NCBI GenBank assembly: GCA_002633005.1
Contig: NMRA01001142.1
Span: forward strand, 10,639 to 49,766
Direction of reading: 5' to 3'
Source: Phoronis australis
Taxonomy: Eukaryota; Animalia; Phoronida
DNA length: 39,128 bases
In this document: positions 1-13,313 of the stretch, piece after piece
Position numbering within the stretch: position 1 is the stretch's first letter
Layout: each line of letters starts with the position of its first letter
The notes under the pieces: generated by a model
The model's database searches: none
What the model was told of the DNA's origin: nothing
What the model saw: only the letters and a program-made list of their open reading frames with translations
Made by a program: the position numbers and the translations under genes

Positions 1-755
1 GGGTGATGATGGTGATGACGGTGGTGAGGATGATGATGGTGATGACAGTGGTGAGGGTGATGATGGTGATGACTGTGGTGAGGGTGATGACGGTGATGAC
101 TGTGGTGAGGATGATGATGGTGATGGCAGTGGTGAGGGTGATGATGGTGATGACTGTGGTGAGGGTGATGATGGTGATGACTGTGGTGAGGGTGATGACG
201 GTGATGATGTGACGGCGATTGTGGTAATGGTGGTGTTGATGATGAAGCTGATGGGGGCTATGATGATGGTGGTTGAGACAATTGTGGTGATGGCGGTGGT
301 GAGGGTGATGGTGGTGACGGTTATGATGAAAATGGTGATTGAGATCATGATGTTGATGATGATGAGGGTGATGACTGTTGATTTTGATAGTGAAGAGTGT
401 ACTGGTAGTGATAGAATGATGATGATGATGATGATGATGGTCATGGTTGTGACGATTTATTTTTGCGGAGATGGTGGTGATGATAACTGTGATGGTGAGG
501 ATGGTAACACTGGTGCTGATGATTGTGATGATGATTTTGATGATATGATGATTTTGATGATGGCGGTGATGCTGGTGATGGTGATGATTATGATGATGAT
601 GATGAAAATTATTATTGCAATGATGATGTTGGTGGTGATAGTGAAAATGATGTTGATTATTGTGATTATAGCGTGTTGACGATGAGGATTTTAATATTCA
701 TGATGATGGTGATGACGATGACGACAACGACGACGAAGATGATGATGATGATGAC
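1..755. repeat. 27-bp minisatellite (GGTGATGATGGTGATGACTGTGGTGAG, ~7-8 copies, 2-207) grading into degenerate (GAT/GGT)n low-complexity repeat
   Basis: Periodicity is directly visible. The Met/Val-rich ORFs 3..212 and 209..679 are just translations of the repeat. Confidence 0.95.
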
Positions 756-3700
756 ATAAATTGAAGTATATCATTCCGCTTGCGCACATGTTACAGACGA
801 CTTCTTGGACTTGTGTGACTACATATACGTCACCACAATAAATAATTACAAAACGAAAAGACCATCAATATGCCTTTTAAAATCTTTAAAATGGTGCCGT
901 AAAATCAAAATGGCCTGCTGATGTCACACATTTGCGTCGCGTCAAATCGTTCCGGGTCAGCTGATCCGTGTCAACTAGCTATTGATACAGACCCGGAAAT
1001 GTTGTAGAGGGGGTCGGTAAACAAATTAAGTGCCTTTCAACTATTTGGTACACCAGTTTCGACGGTTCCGGCATCCTATAGTTCATCACATTCTGTACGA
1101 ATATTTATTTATTTATAATTAAAATTGCAGTTAATTTCAGTGAATTATATGTTATTCTTGGCATTCCGGGGGTCACCAACTGTACACAAAGCGACTATAA
1201 ACCTTTGTTCTGTCCGATTCAACTTAGGGCTCTTACCTCCATAAAACTGATCTCGACTTGTTCTTTACTAGATGAGGAGAGATTTGTGAATCTTCAAAAA
1301 GCTGGTTGTTCGTTGAGATCATGTTCTGCACATAAAGTGACATCGACGCCATGAAAACACAAATTGTTGAGCGTGGACTCAAGATCTCCAGTTTAACTAA
1401 GGAACAAATTGTGAGCAAATTCATAACGCTAAGTGTTCTAAATGAAAAAATGGGGGGGGGGGTGCGAATGAAAGACGGTGTTATCACCTCTTTAAATTGA
1501 TTGATGATAATTTCAAAGCACTTTTTGAGCATTAAGAAAAAAACTCTTTTCTTTGCTGTCGTGAACTACATTCATGATATTAAGTGAGAGTGACGATGTC
1601 TTCTCGTCGAGAGCCGAATTTGTCTGTAATAGCCCTACTCTGCAAAATTGTTTATGGCTTATATCACGTAAGCATAAACGAGCGTATTATACTACTGGAT
1701 GAACTTTCTGCTCCAAATACATTACAGGGCAAATACATGTACATACAACATTGTCCACTTTCCCGTCTTCCGTATACAACGCCGAGCTCAAGTGGGTTTC
1801 ATTTCTCAACATTATCGTCATTGACGTTACTTCGAGGTTGTGTCGCTTTGTAATCCAGATTAGCCTATTAGGACGACCCTAAACAAGCAGTGTACAGACA
1901 CGCCAGACAAGCTCATCCCCTTTAATATGGTGATAGAGATGGTGCTCACTTGGTGGTGAGACGAGTAACGCCATAGCGACGTAGTCATACTGGTCCAGAG
2001 CTGACTCCTAGAAAAGCACAAGACTAGGAGGTGGTTTGCAGGCTAAGACGGTACTGATGGTACGTTGAGATCAAGGTCATAAAATGCACGTGAACAAGAG
2101 AAGCAGGGGTTCAGTGGTACTTTTTTAAAATTTTGAGAGTCTTTTTTAAATTACTTCTTAAAATACATTCAACGAATTTTAGTTACCCTAGAAATTTCTT
2201 ATTATCCAAATGGTGCAAACAACGAATATAAGCGACACAAGCAGTTATAGCTTAGTCTATCCCTCCTTCTGTCAGAACCAACTTTTGATTCAGGAAATTT
2301 ATTGTTGTAATATCCATCTCATCTTGCTAGTCCTTACTCAGATTAGAACGAATTTGAGGCTTGAGAAGATGACTTACAGGTCGTTTCTTCACACCAGGCG
2401 CATTAAGATTCGGTTTCCACGGCGGATTTGTGCCAGTAACCATGCATGGCAGCATGGCCGTCACTGACGAGAAGGGAACAAGGATGAGGATGTGTACCCA
2501 ATTTAAATTCAAACCCACTAAGAGATATAAAGAACGTGATGATTTACTTCAGAAGAACAAATCTGCAAAAAATTGAACGTCAGTAATTCGGATCGTCGCC
2601 GGTTCTGTTGAACGCCGGACAGCAATCTGGGGGAACATTCACTCTGGCACCTGCCTAAATACTCCAAAACAAAATCACGATTTCTTAAACTAAAAGAAAC
2701 AAAACCACGTAGGATACTTCACAACACCTATTTTCCCATAGTCGCATGAACACTATAATGCCCGGGAGGGATAGCACTTTTTTCTTCAATGAGTCACAGT
2801 ACAAATTAATCAACGCACTACGGGGCACGAAAGAAATGGTTTTCCCAGTCATCGCCACATTTACAGGCGTATTTTTAGCTCTTAGCTAACCGTCTTCGCT
2901 TGCCACACTGGAAGGGCACGATTTTTTCGTACTGGCGACCCAGCCTAGTGAGCCTATCATGGAACATTTTGAAATTTTCTCTTCATTAGACTCTAATTAA
3001 GACATATGAAGACTTTTCGTTTGATTACAACAGATTTGCAGTATTATTGCAGAGATTTGTTTTGGAAGCGGTCGAACGAATTCCCAGCCTTGACCTAGCT
3101 CTTTGTCCAAAGTTCCCTCAGTTAATTAATTCTCAGAGTCAGTATGGATTGCCGCAACCCAAATACATTGATTCAGGCCTACTTCGCTGAGACTCTTTCG
3201 GACATTCCAAAAATATGCCACTTCAACATTAATTAACAAGGTCTTAAGTTCAAGGTGAACGTTTACTACATGGAAAACTTATTTACTGCGACACGTCGAA
3301 TGCCGTGACCCTGCCGGACACAGTGGTGAGGCTGCAAGTGCGTCTCCCTTAAAAATATGAACTTTTTACACTCTCGCGACATTTACTAGCGAGCTCGAGG
3401 TATGGCATGTGACGTATTCTGATTTAAAAACAGATCGAAAATTCGTTCTCCCGGCGTCAGTGGCGGATTTAGGGTGGACAAGGGGGCATTTCTCCCCCAT
3501 TCAGTCCTTTTCGGGCCGCCGAGTCGGGGGTGCGAATGTCTGACGGCAAAATCCTGGCTAATGAATCTGGCCTCAAAATCCTGGATCAAACCCTGGATGT
3601 TGTCCGCTGCTTTTACTCCTTGAAAGAAAAAACCTGTCAGTGTCAACTGTCTCGAACAACTCACATGCATAATGACACGCCAACGGGTACCGGTGCATTG

Positions 3701-3867
3701 AAAATTTGCCATGCTGTATGAGTGAACACGGAGAGAATCGTGCAATATGAAAATAGTAACTTCAAACCTTAAGTTCATATTGCATGTTTGAGACAGCTCA
3801 ACTCAATTCAGTTTTATACTACGAGTAGTCTATTTCGTCCGACCTAGCCACAAGTGCAAAAAGTTAG

Positions 3868-4718
3868 TGTTGAGCAACTGGGTCGCGTTCTCGCTGGTTC
3901 CCTGCGTCCTCAGCCTGAAGTATTATCTGGCCGGTTAGGGGCGATAATGAAGACACCAGGTTTAGAACAGTAGGTTTATATTTGAAGACTAAGTACCGAG
4001 AGAACTACTTCATTCAAAGCAATATATGACTACGCTACATAGTAATACGATACTACAACACAGCCCAGCCAGCTACCGCCCAACCTAGCGGCACCCAGGG
4101 AAGTAGCGAGGGTCGCGTTTACCTAAACATTGCAGAGTGACATCTGGTGTGGATTTGAGTAAACAAAAAGGCGCACCTGTTCCTGTGCAATATAGTGCAA
4201 TGTTACACAGACTAGAATCGAATTTCTCACGGATAGTGTGCACTGTATTCGTCAGTGCTGGCGATTTTCATCTCGATCCTTTATTTACCACGAACCTTGT
4301 CCTCTTTCGAACAGCATCCGATGGGCCTGTCAAGGTTTCATGGTTAACACTGGTCAGGTAGACCTTACCAAGCCTACCAAGGTAAGGAGTTTTATTTACT
4401 ATTGTGCTACACTCCTTGGCTCTACTATGTGGATCTTCTCGTCCTACAGAGTATCGGTAGTCCGAATGTGCAGGTGTGTGAGCTACAAGTTGTCCCGGCT
4501 TACTGTAAGTTTCATCATTCAATGAAGTCCGCGATTTCATTCCACATAAAACTATCATTCAATGTTTAGTGACAGTCGCTTGAGTCGCCCGTCATGGGGT
4601 GTTCTGCCAATGTCATTAGATACTCGTAGTCGTAGTCTATGTTGTCATTCTTCCGGGTGTGTTACAAAGGTACCAGTCACCTGTCTAGAGGTGGATTGTT
4701 TCAACGAACATTCATTCA
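3868..4718. mobile_element. Probable solo LTR (851 bp)
   Basis: Starts TG (TGTTGAG) and ends CA (CATTCA). Flanked by identical 5-bp GTTAG (3863-3867 and 4719-4723). No convincing ORF inside; terminal inverted repeat is weak. Confidence 0.5.
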
Positions 4719-5739
4719 GTTAGTGCTCAGAAATTTTGTGTTCGGACAAGTCAAGAACATCCTTCGTGGGTCGGTCAGCATTCGTTCTGAGATTAGCCCG
4801 TGGCTAATGATTTAAAAGTACTGCATAACATTGTGTTATGCACTGACACTTATTTACGGAGGGGTTACGCGTCCATGACACTCGGAAGGCAGCAGTATTG
4901 ACCCACTTGTCATCTGACAGTGGCAGCGTCATCGTCAGGTATTCATTGTCCAATGAGGGGTACTTGACCTAATTTTTAGATGTGGTGCGCTGTAGATTAG
5001 TTGAAAGATGTGTAGCATGGGTGGGAAACAATTGACCCATGCCGACGCAAAACAGGCCCTAGCAGGGGGCCAGGGAAGTGGGACTTACGGACCTCACTGG
5101 GTACGTTAGTTTTAAAACATGTAGCTCTCCTCTTCTGACGGTATGGATTAGTAGAATAATGCTCAAGGAAACAGTTGATAATAATCCCAGTGGGTTATGA
5201 AAAAAAATCGAGGCAAAATTGTATTTTTTGAAAATTAAAAAATCCACTATTTTAAAAAAATGAATACACTATTTTTTTATATTTGTCATTTTCATAGTCA
5301 TGTCTAACTAAGTAGTTAAAAGTTTTTTTTACTTATTTTAGAAAGGAACCGGGAGATTTAACCAATGTATATACCCTTGTTAAGACCCACATGCAGCTAT
5401 TGCAAACTTCCAACTGGAACATTTATTGAATTTAATAATTACAGGACGAATAGTTCTTAGGGTAGAACGTATGAAACTGCTAAAATTAGTATGTGACACA
5501 CTGATGGCTACTTCCTCTATTGAACATGCCTTAAAATGTTAATGGATATTTTTGACGTCCTTATGCTGATGTTAAAGGAGAATGCCACCCGATTAAATTA
5601 GTCTTTTTTACCGTCTTAATCGGTCTATATCCACATCGCCTCTTATACGGTCGACCTCACCTTGCCGAGAGATGTCGCGTTAACCCGTAAGGAAGATGAG
5701 AAACGACGCAGCGATGTCAGTGGTTCGTCTGCAGAGTGT

Positions 5740-6000
5740 ATGCCGCTGTATTGCGAAGCATCGTTCCTGCTTGTCCGAACTATGAAGCTGCGAAGAAAGC
5801 GGGTATATCGTTTTTTCGACTTCCTCGAGAGCTCAAAATGCTTAGGAAGTGGCTCGCGGTAGTGAAGAATGAAAGGTACGCTGTTCATAGCAAATATGAG
5901 GCCGTGAAACATCTGCGTGTCTGTGGCCGGCATTTCGTCGACAGTCGGATTTCCCTGACGAATTCCGGCTTACCGAAGAACTATCCATACGTTCCGTTAC
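5740..6000 (+). pseudogene. THAP zinc-finger domain, N-terminal remnant of the Kolobok transposase, frameshifted
   Basis: Removing GAAGC at 5755-5759 gives MPLYCIVPACPN..ISFFRLP..LRKWL..LRVCGRHF..YVP, i.e. the C2CH THAP signature with conserved P, W and HF. Confidence 0.85.
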
Positions 6001-6150
6001 CTGTGCAGGTTCACGGCGCTTCTCTAGTATTTTTTGGTCAGTGTATTCCGGTTCGAACTGATAGCCTTTGAAATCTAACGATCCGACCCGTGGAGTCTTC
6101 GTCTGATGAGCTCTTCACTAAGTCGGGATTGGCGCCGGACGAGTTGCCAT
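6001..6150 (-). pseudogene. N-terminal remnant of a KolX-like Kolobok accessory protein
   Basis: Minus strand from ATG 6150, with in-frame TAG TGA, reads ..SLDFKGYQFEPEYTDQKILEKRREPAQ. Y-x-F-E-P-E resembles the N-terminus of KolX/'P2RX7-like' proteins (recalled, not searched). Confidence 0.55.
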
Positions 6151-7992
6151 GTAGACGTTTATTTTCTGCGCTCTGATTCAAAATGAATTATTCTCATCCT
6201 AACCAATACTTATGTAGAACTGAAACAAATCCTGTCTCATTAGATACAATTTGTAATGCCTTTGCAGTATTCGTGAGTGCAAATGTTGAGAAGCCAGTAA
6301 TGAATAAACCACTGCGTTACCGGCTTTTGATGCCGGCAATAAAGGTATTTGATCGGGCACCGAGGCCGTGTGAGCGCATGCTAATTCAGTGTTTACTGAC
6401 TGAAAACTGTTGTGAAAAAAATACTCAATTTTATATGCTATGGTCACATGTTAGGGGGATCTTTATTTAGAAATACAAATACATTATTCAAATCATTGTT
6501 ACTGTACAACCTTTGCCCTGACGGTCTGTGGAAAGGGAACCTGACTTTGCGGCCTCCGACAAGTAAGTAGATTTTCAGTTTCGTGGCTAATTCACATAAA
6601 TAATTACGTGTTCCTTTGGCTCACTATTATAGTCTTTTCGTGGCTGGAGGTTTAGTTTCCAACTCAAGCTGGTTTATGTTCGTGCCAGTCCCGGCGGCCG
6701 CGACGGGCCTGATTGGGTTCCGAGCCACTAGCCGGGATAACAAGCGTTTTGTGTGTTTAGAACTCAAAAAATCACAAGTCTAAACAACACAGATCTAGGG
6801 TCTCCTGTCTGTATTCTACGGGAGAATACTTCGAATTATCTCCGAACAGACCCCAAACTCGACCTGCTAGGGACCTTGGAAAATTGACCTGCCGAACTTT
6901 GTAGGCTACGGTGTGTCCAATCCGTAACAGCGAAATAAAACAACACGTTTGTATAAGAACTCGGTGTATTTTTAAGGGTTTTACATCGAGGTTTGATGAT
7001 TTATTGGTGTTAAACGATGGATTAAAGCGATAAGCTGACACCAGTAACCCGTGTTGTGAACTGCTGAAGAGACTACGTGTGAAACCAATGACGTCTTTGG
7101 ATAATTTCAACACCTCCGTCTGTCATCAGGTGTTAGGTAACGCAACCGAACGTGCCGTTATCGAGTAGAACTACTGGATCTAAATTGATACAAAATAGGT
7201 TGTTTTTTGGGTGGCATGCTCCTTTAAATTGAAAACCTGCAGTAAAATCTCACCAATTTCAGACAAAACAATTGCCAAAGTTTTGAAATCTTCTAACATT
7301 GCCGTATATGCGAATGTCCACAATTTCTCCGAATCAATTGTCAGATATGGTAAAGATTTTTAAAAAAATAATTTAGCATTTATTTGGTCTCTTATTTTTT
7401 TTGAAAAAATTAAAAAAACAAAATGTCAGGTGTTGGCCATATTGTGTCCTAAATCAGTTAGATTTTACCATCTGTTCTATTTTGGCACAGTTTTATTATA
7501 TGAGCATATGACTAAATACATGCTTAGGTCCTTCAGTGGAACAGCAACTACTTTGTTTATCTCCTACAGTTACTATACTCAATGACTATGTAATTGTATT
7601 TTCAGGTAACACCAATAGCCACAGGTGGGCCCGTGAAACTGTAAATGGCTTCTGTAAGTGATCATTCGCTGGAAATCTTGAGAGTGCATGGGTCTCAATG
7701 AGATGAACTCTACACTGTAATCTGCATTACCTTTCATCAAGTTGCCCAGCTTGCAATTCCAGAAGGTGTGCATTATCACTGGACATAACTCTGCATTGGT
7801 ATTATCATTCTAACTTCAATGGTTCCATGCAGTCCTGAAGGATGTTGTCACTCACATGGTCTGTCCATTTACGAACTGTAGCAGCTTACAACAGAGTACA
7901 ACATACACATTGTTGACGTCAGCAACAAAAAATTACGCCTGTGCTTAACATTTGATATTGACAGCTCTTGGTCCCTGAAATTTGGAAGTAGT

Positions 7993-8650
7993 GTGCCATC
8001 AGACAGCAACATGCCACCGTCACCAAAGACATTGTTGCCATCCTCGTCCATGGTTCTGCATCCATCTGCTGTTGGTAGCAGCTCTTGGTTACAGGATCTT
8101 GTCGGGACAGAAACTGTTTTGCAACTGGTTGACACCAGCTCGTGGACAATGCAAACATTACTGCCATCCAGTGTTCCTTCTCCGTCTGATTCTAATATTT
8201 TGTCACCACCATCTTCACTTCGTACAACTTTACCACTGTTGTTAACATCATCGTCATCATTATCTTCATTTTCATTGTCATTATCACCATCTCCATCATC
8301 ACCACCACTCACTACCACTGCAAGTTCTGCCACAAGTTCAGTAGCCATAACCACGTCCTTCGTCACCAGTCATGAACCGTCTCGTATCACAGCAGCACAT
8401 ACACTACCAACAGCTGCCATCTTGCCAACATCTCCAGTACATGGAACCTCGCAGCAGCCGCAACAAATGACAACCACAACTAGCAATGTAAAGACAATGT
8501 CTTCTGAAGTTTCAACAACGGGTTTACAGTTTTCAACTACTTTGCCTACAACTGCAGCCAATGGGGGCTCTAAAGTTTCAAGAACAACAACTGCAGGCTT
8601 ACCAGTTTCTGGTAACTCGATGTCGCCTTTCCCATCAACTGATAAGACAA
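7993..8650 (+). CDS. TM-SH3 gene exon: Ser/Thr/Pro-rich mucin-like extracellular region (5' boundary uncertain)
   Basis: 259-aa S/T-rich ORF. Donor A|GTAAG after 8650 (phase 1) splices in frame to the TM exon. Confidence 0.75.
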
Positions 8651-9155
8651 GTAAGAAGGATATTATCCGTGTCCGGTTTGTCGCATGTTGCCAATGTGCA
8701 CTCGTTGAGGACCATGCACGTGTGGTTTTATCTCTAAATGGTTACGTGTTTTCAATTAGTTGTTTCACTTAGTGGTACTTGCAGTTACTAGTAAGTCTTT
8801 TAAAGGTGCAGGCGGTTGTCACTGAAACTAGATTTTTTGTTCTTTTTGTTTTTTGTTTTCAAGTCAAATTATTGTTAACCTTAAATTGATAACGTATCAG
8901 TTGTACTTGATAATTCAACCTGCAGTCACAGGCTATTCTGTTTTACCCTTTGGTTTTGTTTTGTGTTGAGACACGTGCCTTAGTTCAGATACGTGTATGC
9001 AGCTTCAGTTGTTGGCAGATGTTATAAAAACGGTTTATGTTTTATTTTCATTTTGGCATTTAAGTTACTCTCCATACAATCAATTTACACAATGGCATAT
9101 GTCAAGTTGATTTTCTTATCACTGACAATTTGATTGAGGATGCACCTTATTTCAG

Positions 9156-9283
9156 CTCTTCAAAACTCACAGCCCTGGGTCATACCTACTGCAGTCGTCA
9201 TTCCTCTTGTCACTCTTATTATTTTCACTGTTGCTGGTATTCTGTGTTACCGAAAGAGAAGCTGCTTCTCTCAAAGGTTAAAG
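9156..9283 (+). CDS. TM-SH3 gene exon: transmembrane helix plus basic stop-transfer segment
   Basis: Acceptor ttatttcag|. Reads LQNSQPWVIPTAVVIPLVTLIIFTVAGILCYRKRSCFSQRLK. Donor GTCAGT, phase 0. Confidence 0.85.
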
Positions 9284-10126
9284 GTCAGTATGTTTTGTTT
9301 TGCATAAAAATGAATTGGTCATGGTTAAGCTATTCACATCTGAAAACATATTTCACTTGGTTCACTGAATTGTAATGTAGGTCACTAACAATGAATTATT
9401 TGAATGTCTATCAACGGAGTAATGACGCTTTCTTGTGTGTAATGAACTAGTAATAATTTGCCTGGGGTTGTATTTAGATGTTAAAACGGCAATCAACCAA
9501 CGATCCATCAAAGAAATATTAACTTTTGATTTAGACCTCCAGTACTGCTGGTCTCACTTGTTCCTTACCCAGATGAGAAATGATACTGATCTTGCTCAAA
9601 ACTATGCTAGGGGAGTAAAAAGATACGTCTTGACAAGCCATCTTGCAGAGCCTGGTGTCAAGCAATGGAAGGAGCTGCATGCTACTTCCAAGCCATGATA
9701 TCACAGTCCTATCTTGCATGACTCATCTTTAGGGCAATTTCATAACATTGAGTTGTCTAAATCAAAATTTTGTTTCTGTTGCTTTTAAGAGGCAGCTCTA
9801 GAAGGCAGGTTTGCAACGGTTTTAAGTTTGACACGGTGTTAAGTATGAATGTATTGTTTCTGCCAAAGTATTGGTGTAATAAGTGTGTAGTATTCAACCT
9901 ACAGCTCACGACAATGATAAGTTTACTTGCAAGTAAAACTGTGTTTGACCCCTTCGCAAGATGCCAGTTACGTGTACATGCTAAAGTGTCTACCAATGCC
10001 CATGTACACCAAACTGTAACTTTAGGAACTGTTCACAAATCGTTGCCATTTTCACTAGCATTCAAAACTCACGTTTTTGACGCCCCTTCCCCAGAAGCAG
10101 AACAAAATGTTGATATAGGTCAATAT

Positions 10127-10308
10127 TCATTTAGTCATGTAAAGTGTGCTGTAAACTTTAATGCTGGTTCATAAAATATCAATCATTTTCAATTTATTTT
10201 CAATGACTTGTTTTCACTATTCATTTAGTTAATGTAAGGTGTGCTATACACTTTAATGTTAGTTGATAAAATTTAGATTATTTTCAATTAATTTCCATGA
10301 CATGTTTT
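10127..10308. repeat. Diverged ~92-bp tandem duplication (intronic)
   Basis: ATTCATTTAGT..GTGTGCT..ACTTTAATG..TTTTCAATT..ATGAC..GTTTT occurs twice head to tail. Confidence 0.75.
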
Positions 10309-11050
10309 TATAGAAAAACAATAATTAGCTTTATTTTTTGTTTTTTGCATCCTCATTTATTTGATGTCAAAAGCATATACTGACAGTACATCTTTGACTG
10401 CCTCCCTCTCTCCCTAAATCAATGTTCTGTACATTTCCGTGAAATTGTTGATAATTATGAAGGGTTCCTTTAGGTAAAGAATTACAATCAACACTACGCG
10501 ATCATTCACTTCATGTTAGGCACTATGGGGATGCTTGAAAATGTGTCGTCAGTGACTATTTTCAACCATTTTGTTTTACGTCAAATCTATTTTTAGACTG
10601 CTGACACAAAACACAATGTTCACTATTTGTGAAATGTCATAAATGCCAAAATTAATTGCGCATGTCCCAATATTCAAAATTAAGAAAAAATTTTCCCTTA
10701 AATTTTGAGTGTCCCAAATTTTATATACTCTCCTCAACTGGGAATAATTACTAATAAATGTAAAACTGGTAGAACGTAATTTTTAAAACCAAGAAGTTGA
10801 AAGCAATTATACAAAAACTCTAAATGCTTGTTTAAAACATGTTTATTATTGAAATGGGCAGCTTTATAAACCAGCAGAATTTAGAGCATTTCCATGCGCC
10901 TTGCTTCAAAGTACACAAGCAAAAGTAGCCAAACCCCAGGCCCTTCACCCCTTAGCTTGTGCTTGATTTTAACCCTGTGTTGAGTATCTATAGTTATGGG
11001 CTCAAGCTTAATAATCTTGTTTTCATGGTATTTGTGTTTGTACCCCTCAG

Positions 11051-11153
11051 AGGAACAGAAGAACTGACAGCGACGGTTCGCTGAAACTTGACAAGTTAAA
11101 AATCAATGAAGGCACAAACAACAAGGGTTTTGTTAACAGTGATGACCTCTCAG
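11051..11153 (+). CDS. TM-SH3 gene exon: juxtamembrane cytoplasmic linker
   Basis: cccctcag| RNRRTDSDGSLKLDKLKINEGTNNKGFVNSDDLS |GTATGT. Phases 0/1 match both neighbours. Confidence 0.8.
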
Positions 11154-11931
11154 GTATGTGTTATGTGTTATGTGTGCTTCATTGGTGAGTGTAGTTGCTT
11201 TTTTAATGGCAGAAATAATTCAAATTTTGAATTACGATGGGTTTAAGTGTTTTGCAGGATTGTACTTCATAGGGAATGAAGCTTGGTGTTCTTGACATGT
11301 TGTAGTATTTGTCTCGTATTCGTCTTATCTTGGTTTGTACAGATTTTAGGCCTCTGTTAACTGCACTCAGAGCTATTGAAAAAATACAAGGCATAGATCT
11401 TCTGCATTATACAATAAAGCATTTCTTGATTAAAATTTAATAGTTTGCACTATCTCAGTGTTTGACAATAGGCTTCAGCTCAATTTAAAAATAGACATGC
11501 GCATACCACAGGGCTGTAACCATTTACTAAAAATACCTGGTCGAGCTGGTTGGCACATTCATTGATTGCTGGGTTTCTTATGTTAAATTTTCCTGAGTGG
11601 AACCTTTCCATTGCTATCTTCAGTTTCGTTTGCCATGCGAGTAACATGCTCACACACCAACACTTGGACTACAAAACAATTGATTTTTTTATCGACTCAC
11701 TTTCTTTGCTGCCTTGAAGTCTAATTCGTCACTTTTAGCACATAGTATGCCCGACAAGTGAAAATGTATTTTGTTTAATTTCTCAACAAAAGTAATGATT
11801 AAGAAAATTCTGGTCCATTGCTTAGATATATGGTTTGTCAGTTGTGTAAATGACATCAAACACCATTCTATACTTTCTAGCAACATTATCAGCCTTTAGA
11901 AAAACGAAGATTTTTTTCTTTTTTCCTTCAG

Positions 11932-12152
11932 TTGTTGGACCCAGCGTCTACACAGTTCAGTATTCTTACGTAGCCCAGGAGGAAAATGAACTCAGTCTTG
12001 AAGTAGGAGAGAGGCTGAAAGTGATTCTCAAGTATGACAGTGATTGGTGGGTTGGTCATAATGTGACCAATGGGAAGGAAGGATATGTGCCAGCCTCCTA
12101 TTTGATGTTAGATGCTCAGCACGCAGAGAAAGGACAGAGTGTAGTGATAGAG
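11932..12152 (+). CDS. TM-SH3 gene exon: SH3 domain 1
   Basis: VYTVQYSYVAQEENELSLEVGERLKVILKYDSDWWVGHNVTNGKEGYVPASYL matches the SH3 consensus. Polypyrimidine/AG acceptor and GTATGA donor. Confidence 0.92.
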
Positions 12153-12941
12153 GTATGATTTATGTGTGAACATGCATTTCTTGGGTTAATTTGTGATTTG
12201 GATATTTTGCTTTAAGCTAGAGTGCGTGGATATCACAGGTTCACAGCTAGAGTTACTATTGTGTTGGGACCTGTATGTATTCCAATGCCAAAATTTGAGT
12301 TGCATATTTACGGGTATCAAAGGCACGCAATCCCACTTGAAGTGGTTATAAGCCTGTCAACTTTTGATTTAGACCACTTTGACCACTATAAAAATGATGT
12401 GACGTCTTGTGCTTTACTCTGAGAGAATTTATTTCTAGTTTGCAAGGAACTGGCAGTCTGTTCTTCCTTGAGACCATACTCAGTGCATAAAATGGCGTGT
12501 TGTGGACACAAGAAAACAAATTGTAGAGCCAGGTCTCAACCATTCACAAGTTCCTTTGAAGCTCTGATGTTATCTCTGTATTTGACTAAGGAACAAGTTG
12601 ATACCAATTTCATAACAATGTTTCAAATCAGAAGTTAGTTTTTGTGTTAAAAAGTGGGTTTGTAGCTGTTTTAAACTAATGAAGTGACCACCCTTTGCTA
12701 CTTTATGCCGTGGGTCTGAGCTTGTTATGATGAAAAGTATTGTGGGCTTTGGGTGAGTTTAGGAATATGATGCTCTGAGAATACTAAAAGTGAATTTCAT
12801 AGATACAAAAATTATGTCCTGAAGAACAGGCCATTGAACCACCATTAGAGAAATCATGAATCAAAAGTTATTTGAATAGAAAATTTTCACTTAAATATTT
12901 TGCTCTTAAGTTCCCAAACTGTCATTTTTCTATTTTTCAGA

Positions 12942-13313
12942 GGTTCATTTCCTTGCTACAAATAATGGGAATTTTACCAAATGAATGTTGTTTTATTACT
13001 CAGTTCTGTGTTGCCCTAACCAAGCTATGATAGACTTAAATTTATAATTTTGTAGAAAACTTTGACAAAATAAAATTTCAGACATATTTTGTGTTGTGGT
13101 GAAGATTTACCATGTATGGGACCAGAAAACTTTTTGTTGATAGCAATAAGGATGATGATAATGATATGAGTGGGTCCGGTTCATTTCCTTCCTGAAAATA
13201 ATGGGGATTTTACCAAATTTGGAACTTAGTTCTATGTTGTATATCCTAACCAAGCTATGATAGACTGAAAGTTATAATTTTGTAAAAAAAACTTCGACAA
13301 TATTTTGTGCTGT
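12942..13313. repeat. Diverged ~140-bp direct duplication (intronic)
   Basis: GGTTCATTTCCTT..TTTTACCAAAT..CCTAACCAAGCTATGATAGACT..TTATAATTTTGTA at ~12942 and ~13178. Confidence 0.8.

Larger units (their letters stand above)
5576..7223 (+). mobile_element. Non-autonomous Kolobok-superfamily DNA transposon (internal deletion derivative)
   Basis: 15-bp TIR AGGAGAATGCCACCC / revcomp AGGAGCATGCCACCC (14/15). TTAA on both sides (5572-5575, 7224-7227). Purine-purine 5' termini. Contains THAP and KolX-like remnants. Confidence 0.88.

Noticed and set aside
3-679. Met/Val-rich ORFs
   Set aside because: They are translations of the GAT/GGT repeat, with no evidence of real coding.
5736-6071. Host THAP-domain gene as given in the ORF track
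   Set aside because: The first Cys is out of frame and the ORF lies within TIR/TTAA boundaries, so it is a transposon remnant.
5572-7227. piggyBac assignment based on the TTAA TSD
   Set aside because: Termini are AGG rather than CCY, and the cargo is THAP/KolX-like, which fits Kolobok.
7869-8561. Minus-strand ORFs (165 aa acidic and others)
   Set aside because: Antisense shadows of the Ser/Thr-rich exon.
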